Positions 1 to 11,901 of a DNA stretch of 33,977 nucleotides are shown in pieces; position 1 is the stretch's first letter, and each line of letters opens with the position of its first letter. The stretch is from Paraspadella gotoi (lineage: Eukaryota > Animalia > Chaetognatha). A program made the position numbers and the translations under genes. The DNA lies in the NCBI GenBank assembly GCA_051294375.1, contig CM119270.1, forward strand, positions 1,947,060-1,981,036, in the 5' to 3' direction. The notes beneath the pieces were generated by a model, which was not told where the DNA came from, did no database searches, and saw only the letters and a list, made by a program, of their open reading frames with translations.

Positions 1-15
1 CTTTCCTCCCCTCAC

Positions 16-109
16 TTTTCGTGAAGTCTCTCCGGTCGATAATTCACTTTCACCAAATCACTTCTTTTACTCGGAGGAAATTCCGCGGCGTCACGAACTT
101 CCCAAGAGT
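16..109 (-). CDS. Downstream exon (DSWEVRDAAEFPPSKRSDLVKVNYRPERLHE); gene continues beyond window
   Basis: Acceptor ttatcctcag, donor AA|GTGAGG; phase 1 start joins the previous exon. FVLL...DSWE resembles the ZU5-B LRLL...QWED segment. Confidence 0.7.
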
Positions 110-178
110 CTGAGGATAAATTTACATCGAGGTTGACGAATGTAATTTAATTTTAATTAATTTTACTTGAATTACGTT

Positions 179-180
<2 letters not shown>

Positions 181-225
<45 letters not shown>
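181..225. repeat. (CT)n microsatellite
   Basis: Read directly. Confidence 0.97.
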
Positions 226-231
<6 letters not shown>

Positions 232-242
232 ATAAAACTCAC

Positions 243-287
243 CTTCGGTCACGTCTCTGGCGAGAAGAACGAATTTATCAGGTAAAT
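243..287 (-). CDS. Downstream exon (DLPDKFVLLARDVTE)
   Basis: Acceptor ttttctttttag, donor G|GTGAGT; 45 nt, phase 1-1. Confidence 0.7.
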
Positions 288-1369
288 CTAAAAAGAAAAT
301 TAATTAAAAAAAATATATTGTTACAAATCATGAACAGAAAAAGTCATTTATAAAAACTATTTACTTTCGCTTAATAAATCTGCTATGGCTGACATTTTTT
401 TAGCAACCGTTCTAATCTTCTTAGTTCTTGATTCATTTCAGTTCGTTTTTAAAATCATTTCATTGAACAGAAATCGTCAACTAAAATAAGTGAAGATACA
501 TCATCGTTTGTTATTCTATCGCTTGTTAATTGTTAGGTAGTTTTAATCGCGCTGAAATTAAGGCTTGCAAAATGTGAAGGAAAAAAATTTAATAATAATT
601 AAAAAAGTAATTGAAAGTAATATCGCAGTGATTTTGCTTTATCTTTGAGATTCTAAAATCTAAAAGTTCTAACCGCACCAATCTTTTCTAAACTCAATCA
701 ATCTCCAAAGATGACATACAGCCAAGCACATTAATTATCTAGTATTCTTTGACTCAAGGTGCTTGTAAACTTTTTCCAACTATTTATAAAAACAACTAAC
801 GAAAAGGAAAGCAAGTATTGTTCACCAATTGCCAAACCTAACACCAGCATATTTTGTTCTATTTCTCTCCTCATAAGTCGGATTCTTTCGCAACGAAGGT
901 AGATTTGAAAAATGAATGTTTTTTTATTTCTCGTTACTAAAAAGATGAAGAGTGTCATTTCGCCAAGTGCGACCTGAATGCGAGGATTAAATATTTCCTT
1001 TTTTAAATTTAAGTACTTTTTCATAAATGCAAGATATGTATTAATTTTTTTGGCATTCGTCGGAAGCGCTGAATTTAAAGGACAAAAGTCCAGTGGTTAC
1101 GGATTTTAAAATATGGTTTTTTTTTTAGTATTTTAAAATTCATATTAACAGATACAATTTAAAAATCCGGAATGATTATAAAAAAATCAATTCCACTCAA
1201 TTACAAATAGCAGTGATGGTTAACTTACGATTTTATTTATTTTTTATTTTTTCATTACTACCAAAATCACGATTATATATATTTTTTTTAAAGATTAGAT
1301 TAGATTATTTCTTAAGAAGGAGCCGGAAGCCATGCGTAAGCAGTTACAAAATGACAAACAACGCCTCAC

Positions 1370-1640
1370 CTCCTTTCTCCACATTTTGCCCCGCCTTTCC
1401 CCCTCTCACCGAGACCGTTCCCCTGATTTGTTCCTGTTTGTTTCGGCGCCGGCGGTTGACGACTCGTCGTCGCTATTCGCCGGCGTCGCTTCTCCGGACG
1501 ACGGCTGGCTGCCGCCGGCCGGTTTTTCCGATAGGCGTGCTGCAGCCTGGAGCTTGTGACGTGACGGCTGTGCGCGCGGAGTCTGTGCCATCTCTGTGGT
1601 GTGCTTGTTTAACAAGTAATGATTCGTCAAGGATTGCTCT
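1370..1640 (-). CDS. Probable exon of the same gene (GC-rich; frame and ends uncertain)
   Basis: GC-rich island with acceptor cctcag near 1641 and candidate GTGAG donors at 1409 and 1369. The sequence is error-rich and no single clean frame was established. Confidence 0.35.
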
Positions 1641-3878
1641 CTGAGGTATTAATCATGCTTAAGTGTCATCTCGAGTGCGTAGTTGTTGCAAGAATCTGTC
1701 GCGCGTTAGTAGAACTGTCTGTGCTGTATTTGACGAATTTAAATTGCAGTCAATTATGAGACAGTTGATGTAGGATGACGAGAGACAGAGAGAGGGAATG
1801 CGGGTGTAGTCGATTTGGATGCGATTCAGATAATCAGATGTCATCGAGATTAGATGAATATAGCGTATTGTGATACGATTTCGTCTAGCCATCTAACGCG
1901 CGATACAAACACAGCAGTCCCAATGTCACGCAATGGCGACCTCTCTCTCCCTCCCCCTCATCAATGCGTGGCGCCGTGCGCGCAACCTAATCACCCGTGT
2001 GAAGAAGGAGAGAATACTGCCTCCTGCTTCGGTCTCCATTAAATATCGCCCACACTAAGTGCCCTCACTCTGCCATTCTCTCCCTCTCTCTCCCTCCCTC
2101 CTCCCTCTTCCCCTGTTTCTCGACTGCACTGCGGCATGACGTCGACCGAGATCTCCGCACTGAACGCGCGAGAAGAGTACGAGGTCCGCCCGTCACCTGC
2201 GTACGAATGCAACGAGAGAGCGCAGTAATGAATAACGTACCAATAGATGCCCAGCAGTGACGAGTACCCTAGTACCTCCCTCGTCGTGCGCTACCGCCAA
2301 AGCGAATAACTCTGGAAATGGTACTAAGACGGTTGAATGATCTCCCCACAGAGCGAAGTCTAGATGAAATCGCTGACTGCGATATCTGAGAGGAAGTACC
2401 AGTCGTTATCACGGGTAGTAGCGGTATGGGTGAATGATACGCATCGATTGCCGCATGAGCTGCCGGTACGCGGAGCGAGAATGATGGCGGATCGTAGGAA
2501 CGAAACTGTTCGATGTTTTTCTTCGATTCGTGTTGTGGTTGTGTGCTGTATTCGAATTACTTTCTTTCTAGTGGGGCGCGAGGAGAGAGAGAACATAGAT
2601 ATAGAGAAATGTAACTCTACCTTATATAGTGTATAATATACGGTAATGTATGTTTATCAAACGAGAATGATTGTAAACTGCGATAGAGGTAGAGGCGTAT
2701 CTGATTAGGGTTGTGTGGTTATGTCTGTGGAGAGAGGCGATTTTGATAATTGGCTCATGGTTATTGATAACGATAATCTCTATTGACGGCTGATCTCCTC
2801 TAGGTTATGCTGGTTATATATGTAGTATTCTTTTGTTGTGATTCTGTGATGTATCTCATCTTCTGTTCGTCAATGTGATAATTGCATATGTATAGAACTG
2901 GACATCTCATTCGTAGTTATACTTGAGTGCTACCAATGTCTCAAATCATCCTCGTATCTCAACTGATCGTGTCATCTTCATTAATCTTCAGTTCTTAATG
3001 TAATTTTGAAGCTCTCTTTGGTACATTATCATATAGGTCGGTTTCTCAGTGTCTAGCGAGTTACAGCATCGGTGAGATTTACAATATAATATCAATCCCA
3101 ATGCATTCAATAAATTATTCTTATTTTTGCTCCTGACTTTGGCCGGGCTATCACTCGTTACAAGATATTGACATTAAAGCGTCCCTGCAAGCTTCAATCC
3201 AAGGCTCTCTTACAATTCTAATTTATTCACTCCATTGGGAAACCTGGCTTCACTTATTCCATTACTCCCTATGTAAATATTTATCTTAACTCATCTTAAC
3301 TCTTCTGAATCAACCCCATCTGAATAAATGAATACAGACCGTCTTGATTCGCTTTAATTTTTCGAATCAACCAGAGTCACGCAAACAACCACTGTATTCC
3401 AAAACCTATTTTATCTTCATCCAGCTTGACCTGAATCATCTTAATCGCAACCGAATCATTTAATCAACCCATCTACCTGAATATTTGAATCGGTCAATTT
3501 GATGACGAACCCATCTGACGGCTGTGAATGATTGACACTACACGCGATGTCGATCACTGAACTTATGGTCGAGACAATAGANNNNNNNNNNNNNNNNNNN
3601 NNNNNNNNNNNNNNNNNNNNNNNNNNNNNNNNNNNNNNNNNNNNNNNNNNNNNNNNNNNNNNNNNNNNNNNNNNNNNNNNNNNNNNNNNNNNNNNNNNNN
3701 NNNNNNNNNNNNNNNNNNNNNNNNNNNNNNNNNNNNNNNNNNNNNNNNNNNNNNNNNNNNNNNNNNNNNNNNNNNNNNNNNNNNNNNNNNNNNNNNNNNN
3801 NNNNNNNNNNNNNNNNNNNNNNNNNNNNNNNNNNNNNNNNNNNNNNNNNNNNNNNNNNNNNNNNNNNNNNNNNNNNNN

Positions 3879-3915
3879 ACGCCATCTTCGGTCACTTTTA
3901 AACTCCTTCTTTTTT
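3879..3915 (-). CDS. Start of exon 12 (KKKEFK/VTEDG...), running into the N-gap; probable start of second ZU5
   Basis: Acceptor ttgattcag at 3916-3917; phase fits exon 11. One 1-nt correction gives KVTEDG, similar to the ZU5-B IGPEGG position. Confidence 0.45.
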
Positions 3916-4790
3916 CTGAATCAACCCCATCTGAATAAATGAATACAGACCTCTTGATTCGCTTTAATTTTTCGAATCAACCAGAGTCACCGCAAACAAC
4001 CACTGTATTCCAAAACCTATTTTATCTTCATCCAGCTGACCTGAATCATCTTCATGCAACTGAATCATTTAATCAACCCATCTGACCTGGATGATTGAAA
4101 CAACCCTTCTGATCTGAGCTATTTGAATCAACCCATCGGACCGGAATGATCTGATTCATCCCATTTAACCTGGATCGTTTTGAATCAAACCCATCTGACC
4201 TGAATGATTTGAATCAACCCATCGACCTGAATGATTTGAAACAACCCATCTGATCTGAACTATTTGAATCAACCCATCGCACCAAATGATCTAATTCATC
4301 CCATTTACGCTGATCATTTGAATGAACCCATCTGATCTGAACTGTTTGAATCAACCCATCTGACCTGGATGATTTGAAACAACCCATCTGATCTGAATTA
4401 TCTGAATCACCCATCGGACCAGAAATGATACTAATTCATCCCATTTAAACCTGGATCATTTTTGAATCAACCCATTTCTGACCTGAATGATTGAGATCAA
4501 CCCATCTGACCTGTGATGATTTGAAACAACCCTCTGATCTGAATATTTGAATCAACCCATCGGACCGGATGAACTGATCTCCCATTTACCCACTTATAAC
4601 ATCTGGCCGAGGATCATCCATCTACTGATGATGAACAACCCATCTAATCTGACTTATGTTTGAATCAACCCATCGGAACCGGAATGATCTATTCATCCAT
4701 TTAAACCTGGAGTCATTGAATGAACCCATCTGATCTGAATTGTTTGAATCAACCATCGATCATTTTGAATCACGCCATCGACCTGAATCT
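3916..4790. repeat. About 28 bp minisatellite (ACCCATCTGACCTGAATGATTTGAATCA)n; further copies near 3300-3520 and 11932-12075
   Basis: Recurrent aatcaacccatctgacctgaat motif, densest at 4070-4785. Confidence 0.9.
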
Positions 4791-4850
4791 GCTGATGACC
4801 TGCCATACGACGGTCGTCAATGAACTGAGACTCGTTTCCACCAAATTCGT
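4783..4850 (-). CDS. Exon 11 (TNLVETSLSSLTTVV[WQ/LA]VISRF+R), end of first ZU5; second copy near 12068-12139
   Basis: Strong acceptor tttcttcttctttcag, donor CAG|GTC; 68 nt, phase 0 to 2. VISRFR resembles the ankyrin ZU5-ZU5 junction AVVSR. Confidence 0.65.
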
Positions 4851-6241
4851 CTGAAAGAAGAAGAAAAAAAATAATTTAATTGATAAATATGATAAATAAC
4901 TAATTCGGAGATAGGATTTCATCTATGCAATGCTGATGATGCCCTCTTGTACGAATAGCAAGCAATATTCGATTTCTTGATGTGGTGAGATTACAGATGA
5001 AGCGTTGCTTAATTGTTGAAGGGTTGAAGATTAGTTTTTGCAGTTGCAAAACAGATAGATGCACAGAGAAATATAAAAATTTTAGAGTACGTATAGATAT
5101 AATAGCCGGATTATTTTTTTTTATGTTATCATCGTTTAATTGTGCATTATTATTATTTTAGTCGCTTCCCTTACCTGATCCTTGAGATGAAAAAGTTTAA
5201 ACTTTTGTTTAAATCGTGAGAAAATGACGTTTGGTTACGTACATTGTTACTAGCGACGTGAATCCGAAAACTAGGACTTACGGTTTCCTCGCTAAATTTT
5301 GCTACTTGATTGTTAATATTTGATATTATTATTGATAATATTTATTAATGGTGCATCTAAAGTCACCGTGCCTAACGATACACCGACAAGTGGACGGTTA
5401 CAAGCGGTCAGCAAAAAAAAATATGTACTATATTTGCAGAACAATTAATGGCTTAGTACATTTACTTTTTTTGCCCACCGCTTTAATGTCAATCGCAAAC
5501 TAGAAATCGAAAATTCGGATACAGACGAAAATATTGTACCTCCAAAATTTGATTCCCAATTCGTTTTCGCTAATTCATCCGTAACGGGTAAAATTAGTGT
5601 AACGAAAAAAAGCTTTTAAAGTTATTACACGTGCGCGGCGATTTAGTTCCGTAATTATATCTTTTGGTTTGATATTTTGTAATGATTTGTAATCTTTATT
5701 TTTAAGTTTAACTTTTTTCACGAATTACAAAAGGTGATCAGTAAGTTTAATATCTTATTCATCAGATAATACATATTTTATTGTATTTACTGATCGACCA
5801 AATTCACCCATAGCTTTTAAGAATATCTTAACAGTATAAGTTATATAACATATTGATATTTGTACAAATAAAATAAATCAGATCATCGTAAATCTTTGGT
5901 TTTGAAAGAAAAAAAGAACACGCGGGAAAAAAATGAAATTCTATGTTTTTTCTACGTGTACGTCAGAAACGAACAGAGAGAGATAGAGACAGAGAGACGG
6001 AAATTCGGACAGAAAGACAGAAAGACATAAAGACAGAGAGACGAACAAAGCGACAATAAAATTTAAAGCGCAAAACATAATTTTTAGAGCAGAAAATATT
6101 AAGACACGTTAAACAAATTTTCTTCCCCAAGTTTCTTTGTTTGGAGAAGGATTTATCCATTTATTCTTTTTTTTGTTGGTAAATTAATTAATGCAATTAA
6201 TTGGTATCCAGTTAAAAACGTAATACAGGTTCATCCAATAC

Positions 6242-6331
6242 CGTCATGTCATTGACTTGTTCCTCTTCCTCTGGCTCAATATCCTCTTTAGCTTTTTCCT
6301 CTGCTTCCTTCCGAGCGGCTTCCTCCTTCGC
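6242..6331 (-). CDS. Exon 10, E/K/A-rich helix (AKEEAARKEAEEKAKEDIEPEEEEQVNDMT); second copy near 13.58-13.67 kb
   Basis: Acceptor ctaaaaag, putative donor ACG|GTATTG; 90 nt, phase 0-0; strongly protein-like. Confidence 0.6.
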
Positions 6332-6658
6332 CTTTTTAGTAATTTAAATATTTAATTATTCGAGTTAAAATACTTTAAAAAAAATATTAAATGAATATTT
6401 CCAAACGTGCAAACGAGAGATATATATATAGAGTTTAAATTATTACTTTTAATTCATTCGCGGACCGATTTTCTAACTTTAATTAATTATTCATGCATTC
6501 GTTTTTTTTATTTCTAAATTAATCCATCATTAATTACGCAGGCGGTATTTTTTAAATATCTATAGGTATATGATGAAATCTATTATTAATTTATTTTTGC
6601 ACGCAGTTTTAATTGACTAATTTATTAACTAATGCTGTTATTTAAAATCCTTATGTAC

Positions 6659-6821
6659 CTTTTTCTCCGCCTCCATTTTAGCGTAATAATCCTCTTCCTC
6701 CTCCTCTTCCTCCTCCTCTTCCTTTCCCTCTTCCTCCTTCCCTTTGCTTTCACCATCTTTTCTCCTCCTCATCCTCTCCTCCTCTTCCTCCTTTCCATCC
6801 TCTTTCTACATCCAATTCAGT
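6659..6821 (-). CDS. Exon 9, acidic/charged (TELDVE...GKEEEEEEEEEEDYYAKMEAEKK); second copy near 14.0-14.15 kb
   Basis: Acceptor ttaaaaag, donor AAG|GTACAT; 163 nt, needs one 1-nt correction to be phase 0-0. Confidence 0.55.
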
Positions 6822-7369
6822 CTTTTTAACCAGAAGAAGAAACGAAAAATTAAGGAGTTAATTCCAAGTCATATTGACAGTTGGCTGTTGGGGATACATT
6901 TTAAAATTCAATACTTTATACAATAGTTAATCTATAATTTAATTGTTAAAAGGAAGAAAATTTGATGCTTTAGTAATTTCAAATAAAGTTGGAAAAACGA
7001 GTTTCATAATTTTAACGTCCTTAAACAAAATGCAAATACGAAATATTGTTTTTGCTAATTTATGAAATTGGTTTAACTAATTTTTTTAGAACCCGTTATT
7101 TTATAATTAAAAATATAAATATTTTAAAAATACTTATTGATGACACAATAAAAATATTTCCAATTGCCATTCTTTGTTCAGCACTATTGCTCAACATCAT
7201 CTTAGATCATAAAGCAATAATAAAAAAAGTTTAAAGAAAAACAAAATAATAACATTGATTAATTGAGTAATCAATAACCTTGAAACATTCGGTATATATA
7301 ACAATAAGAGGCGACATTATGAGCAAAAATAGTAGGATTGACTCGTGAATCGAGGTTCACAATTCTCAC

Positions 7370-7520
7370 CTGTTTTTCCGGCTGAATTATACTCGATCTC
7401 AATTCTCTCCAGTTGCCCGTGAGTTTTCCCCTGTGAAGTCGACACATTTTCACGATGGGTTCTTTGCCGCTCACTTTGGCCAGAAGGGACATGGGAAGGA
7501 TGAGTTGAACATGGGCTCGG
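7370..7520 (-). CDS. Exon 8 (P[S/E]PCQLILPMSLLAKVSGKEPIVKMCRLHRGKLTGNWRELRSSIIQPEKQ), ZU5 continuation; second copy near 15035-15188
   Basis: Acceptor ctttccag (last minisatellite unit), donor CAG|GTGAGA. F-K-P-x-x-x-x-L-x-L-P and W-x-x-L fit ZU5. This copy is 151 nt with one apparently extra base. Confidence 0.7.
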
Positions 7521-10500
7521 CTGGAAAGTGGACAGTTGGGGAAGGTGAGTTGGACATGGCCTCGGGCTGGAAAGGGACAGATGGGGAAGGATGATTGACT
7601 ATGGCTCGGGCTGGAAGGGAGCATGGGGAATGGTGAGTTGAGTTGACATGGATGCGGGGCTGAAAGGGACATGGGGAAGAGAATGAGTTGCATCTCTCGG
7701 GCTTGGAAAGAGACTGGGAAAGGATGAGTTCGACATGGCTCGGGGGCCTGGAAGGGACATGGGGAGGATGAGTTGACAACTGGCTTGGCTGGAAAGGGAC
7801 AATGGGCGGGTTTGACATGGGCCTGCGGGCTGGCAAGGACATGGGGAAGTGAATAAATTGACATGACTTCGGGCTGGAAAGGACAGGGGGAATAGTTGCT
7901 GGCTTTGGGCTGGAAATGGACATGGAAAGGATGTTGACGATATGGCTCGGTGCTGGAAAGGGACATGGAAAGGACTGAGTTGACATGGCTTGGGCTGGAA
8001 AGGGAACATGGGGAAAGGATGAGTTGACATGCTGGGCTGGAAAGGGACATGGGAAGGATGCAGTTGAGCATGGCTTCGGGCTGGGAAAGGGACATGGGGA
8101 GAGGATTGAGTTGACATGGCTCGTGGCTGGAAAGGGACATGGGAATGGATGAGTTGAACATGGCTCGGGCTGGAAAAGGGACATGGGGAAGATGAGTTGA
8201 CATGGCATCATCGGGCCTGGAAAGGACATGGAGAATGAAGTGACATCCGGAGCTGGAATGAGTTGTAACATGGCTCGGGCTGGAAAGGGACATGGGAAGG
8301 ATGAGTTGAACATGGCTTGGGCTGGAAAGGGACATGGGAATAGATGAGTTGACATGGCTCGGGCTGGCAAGGGAGCATGTGGAAGGATAAGTTGACAATG
8401 GCTCGGGGCTGGAAAATGGGACATGGAGGAAAGAATGAGTTGACATCGGCTTGGGCTGGAAATTGGACATGAGTAATACGGATGATTGACATGGCTCGCG
8501 GCTGGAAAGGGACATGGGAAAAGGATGAGTTTGACATGGCTGGGCTGGAAAGGGACATGGGAGGAGGGAGGATGAGTTGTTAATGGCTCCGGGCTGGAAA
8601 GGGAACATGGAACGGATGAGTTGACATGGCTTGGGCTGGGAAAAAGGGACATGGGGAGGATGAGTTGAGCATGGCTCGGGCTGGAAAGGGACCATGGGAG
8701 GATGATTGACATGGCTCGGGCTGGAAAGCGGACAATGGGGAGAGATGAGTTGACATGGCCTGTGGCTGGAAGGGACATGGGAAGGATCAGTTGACATGGC
8801 TCGAGGCTGGGAAAAGGGACATGGGGCAAGGATGAGTTGTACCATGGTCGGGCTGAAAAGGACATGGGATAGCATGAGTTTGTTGACATGGCTGCAGGCT
8901 GGAAAGGGACATGGGAAAAGATGAGTTGACGATGGTCGGGCTGGCAAGGACATGGGGAAGGATGATTGACATGGCTCGGGCTGGAAAGGGACATGGGGAA
9001 GGAAGAGTTGACATGGCTCGTGGCTGGAAAGGGAAACATGGGGAAGAGATGAGTTGACATGGCTGGGCTGGAAAGGGACATGGGGAAGATGAGTTGACAT
9101 GGCTCGGGCTGAAAGGGACATGGGGAAGGAATGAGTTGACATGGCTCGGGCTGGCAAGGGACATGGGGAAGGATAAGTTGACATGGCTCGGGCTGGGAAA
9201 GGGACATGGGGAAGGGAATGAGTTGACATGGCTCGGGCTGGAAAGGGACATGGGAAGAATGAGTTGACATGGCTCGGGCTGGAAGGACATGGGAAGGATG
9301 ATTGACATGCTCGGGCCTGGAAAGGGACATGGGGAAGGATAGTTGACATGGCTGGCTGGAAAGGGACATGGGGAAGATGATTGACATGGCTCGGGCTGGA
9401 AAGGGACATGGGAAGGAGAGTGACATGGCTCGGCTGGAAAGGGAACATGGGGAAGGATGAGTTTGACCATGGGCTCGGGCTGGGAAAGGGAATGGGGAAG
9501 AATTGAGTCAGACATCTTCGGGCTGGAAAGAGGACTTGGGGAAAGGATGAGTTGACATGGCTCGGGCTGGAAAGGGACATGGGGAAGATGAGTTGACATG
9601 GCTTGGGCTGGAAAGGGCATGGAAGAATGATTGACACATGGCTCGGCTGGCAAGGGACATGGAAGGATAGAGTTGACATGGGGGGCTTTTTTTTCGGGGC
9701 TGGACAAGGGACATGGGGAAAAGATGACGTTGACATGGCTTGGCCGCTGGAAAAGGACATGGGAGAAGGCAATGAATTGACATTCGGGCTGGAAAGGACA
9801 TGGAAAGGATGAGTTGACACTGGCGTCGGGCTGGAAAGGGACAATGCGGGGAAGGATGAGTTGACATGGTGGGCGGAAAGGAACATGGGAAAGGAATGAG
9901 TTGACTGCGCTCGGGCTGGACAAGGACATGGGGAAAGGATGAGATTGAACATGCTTGCTCGGGCTGGAAATAGGACATGGGGAAAGGATGAGTTGACATT
10001 GCCGGGCTCGGGCATTTGGGAAGAATGAGGAAGCTATGGCTGGAAGAATGGAAGTGAGTTGACATGGCTGGCTGAAAGGACATGCGGAAAGGATGAGTTG
10101 ACATGGCTCGGCTGGAAAGGGAACATGGGAAAAGGTACATGGAGTGAGACATGTTGAGGCATGAGATACAGGCTCGTAATACACTGCGATCAATACTCTT
10201 GACATGGTTGCCCGCTAGAAGTTGACACTCCGTGGAATCGAACAGTATCTCCGAACGAAATGGAAAGACATATCTATTGCACTGCGTCGACTTTTGGAAG
10301 GGAGAATGGGGCAAGGATGTTGACATGGCTTCGGGCTAGACAAGGAAAGACAATTCGGGCGGACAGACCGATAAGGTAGAACATGGCTTCGGGCTGGAAA
10401 GGGACTATGGGAAAGGATGAAATGACAGAGCTCTGGTAAAAGGGGCAGGGCAAGAATGAGTTGACAATGGCTGGCGCTGGAAATGGACCATGGGAAGATA

Positions 10501-11514
10501 AGACCGGTAATGAAACATGAGTACCTCGGGCAGGAAACAGCGGACTCCATCCGGGATCCGAAGCGAACTAGTCGACGATGGTGCTTGGCTACGAAAGACA
10601 GGGAAGATGCAGGTTGACATGCTCGGGTAGAAAGGAGACATGGGAAGGAGAGAGTTGACATGGCTCGGCCTGGAAAGGGGACATGGGAAGGATAATGATG
10701 CTTGGCTCGGACAAGGGACATGGGAAGAATTGAAGTTGACAATGGCTGGGGCTGGAAAGGGAACATGGGGGAAGGCATGAGTTGACATGCTTGAGCTGGA
10801 AAGGGGACATGGGGAAGTGATGAGTTGACATGGCTCGGGCTGGAAGGGGACATGGGAAGAATGAGTGACATCTCTCGGTGCTGGAAAGAGACATGGGAAA
10901 GGATGAGTTGACATGCTTTCGGGTGGAAAGGACATGGGGATGGATGAGTTGACATGGCTCGGGCTGGAAAAGGGACATGGGGAAAAGATGTTTGAATGGC
11001 TCTGGCTGGAAGGGACATGGGGAAGCGATGAGTTGACATGGCTCGGCGGCTGGAAGGGACATGGGAAGGATGTAGTGGACATGGCTCAGGCTGAGAAAGA
11101 GACATGGGGAAAGAGTTGACATTTCGTCAGGAATGGGAGTGATGAGTGGATGGCTCGGGCTGGAAAGGGACATGCGGAAGGATGAGTTGACATGCGGCTG
11201 GCCTGAGAAGGGACATGGGGAAGGATGAGTTGACATGGCTTGGCTGGAAACGGGACAGGGGAAGGATGAGTTACATGGCTCGGGCTGGCAAGGGACAATG
11301 GGGAAGGTTAAGTTGACATGGCTCAGGCTGGAAGGAGGAACATGGGGAAGGAAAATGAGTTGACATGGCTTGGGCCTGGAAATGGACATGGAAGGATGAA
11401 TGGGCCGCTGAAGGTGGGAAAGTACTTGACATGGCTCGGGCTGGAAACGGGACATGGGAAAGGATGGAGTTGGACATGGCCAGGTGGAATAGGACATGGG
11501 GAAGGATGAGTTGA
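7484..11514. repeat. About 41-42 bp minisatellite (GAGTTGACATGGCTCGGGCTGGAAAGGGACATGGGGAAGGAT)n, roughly 95 units, with a degenerate core near 10.1-10.6 kb
   Basis: Unit read directly. It explains the recurring PEPCQLILPHVPFQ / SSPSHVNSSFPMSL / PARAMSTHPSPCPF ORF peptides. Confidence 0.97.
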
Positions 11515-11696
11515 GTTATTTTTTATTTACAAGAACAAAAAAAATTAAACACCTACAATGCGTCGTTATAGGCTCCCTCCCCTGTATAATAGATTTAATT
11601 TTTAATTCTTTTATATTTTTATATGTTATATAATATGATAAGTCTCTTTGATCAAATGTATAACTTCCCTCCGTCCCAAAGCCCCTCTAAACTTAC

Positions 11697-11901
11697 CTTA
11701 AACCTCACCTCCTTCCTATTCTTCGTCGACAGTTTGACGAGATAAGTCAACAACTCGTCCCCTTCCTGTATCGGCACCGGATATCTGGTCACTTCCAGCG
11801 CCTCGCACCGCAAATCAGCCTCGGTTAAGGTGCCGGGCGGCACCTTGAGGGTCACGGACTGACCCGCCAGGACGTCGTCGGGGGGAAAGTCGAGAGGGAA
11901 A
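11697..11901 (-). CDS. Exon 7, ZU5-like core (NFPLDFPPDDVLAGQSVTLKVPPGTLTEADLRCEALEVTRYPVPIQEGDELLTYLVKLSTKNRKEVRFK); clean copy
   Basis: Acceptor cccag, donor AAG|GTAAGT; 205 nt, phase 2 to 0. VTLKVPPGT and PIQEGDELLTYLVKL resemble the ZU5 motifs V.L.IPPGA and PPL.EGE.L.S.VV. Confidence 0.8.

Noticed and set aside
731-1024. 97 aa minus-strand ORF
   Set aside because: AT-rich, with no convincing splice sites or recognisable motif.
1650-3580. ORFs in this interval (2360..2596 faintly resembles a garbled exon 12)
   Set aside because: Looks like low-quality single-read fill (3295-3480 re-copies 3910-4090) and cannot be interpreted reliably.
3532-3942. ORFs spanning N-gaps (also 31411-31764, 32385-33004)
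   Set aside because: Open only because Ns contain no stops.
5175-5270. Possible extra minus-strand exon ending CAG|GTAAGG
   Set aside because: Good donor, but the two copies disagree, no stable frame could be read, and exons 10 and 11 join without it.
7271-11509. Very long overlapping minus-strand ORFs (914, 651, 472 aa, etc.; likewise 14982-17673) as standalone genes
   Set aside because: The satellite unit lacks stops in all three minus frames and the peptides hop between frames at indels. Only 7370-7520 is unique exon sequence.
7484-11514. CRISPR-like array
   Set aside because: Units are contiguous with no unique spacers, there are no cas genes, and the context is eukaryotic.
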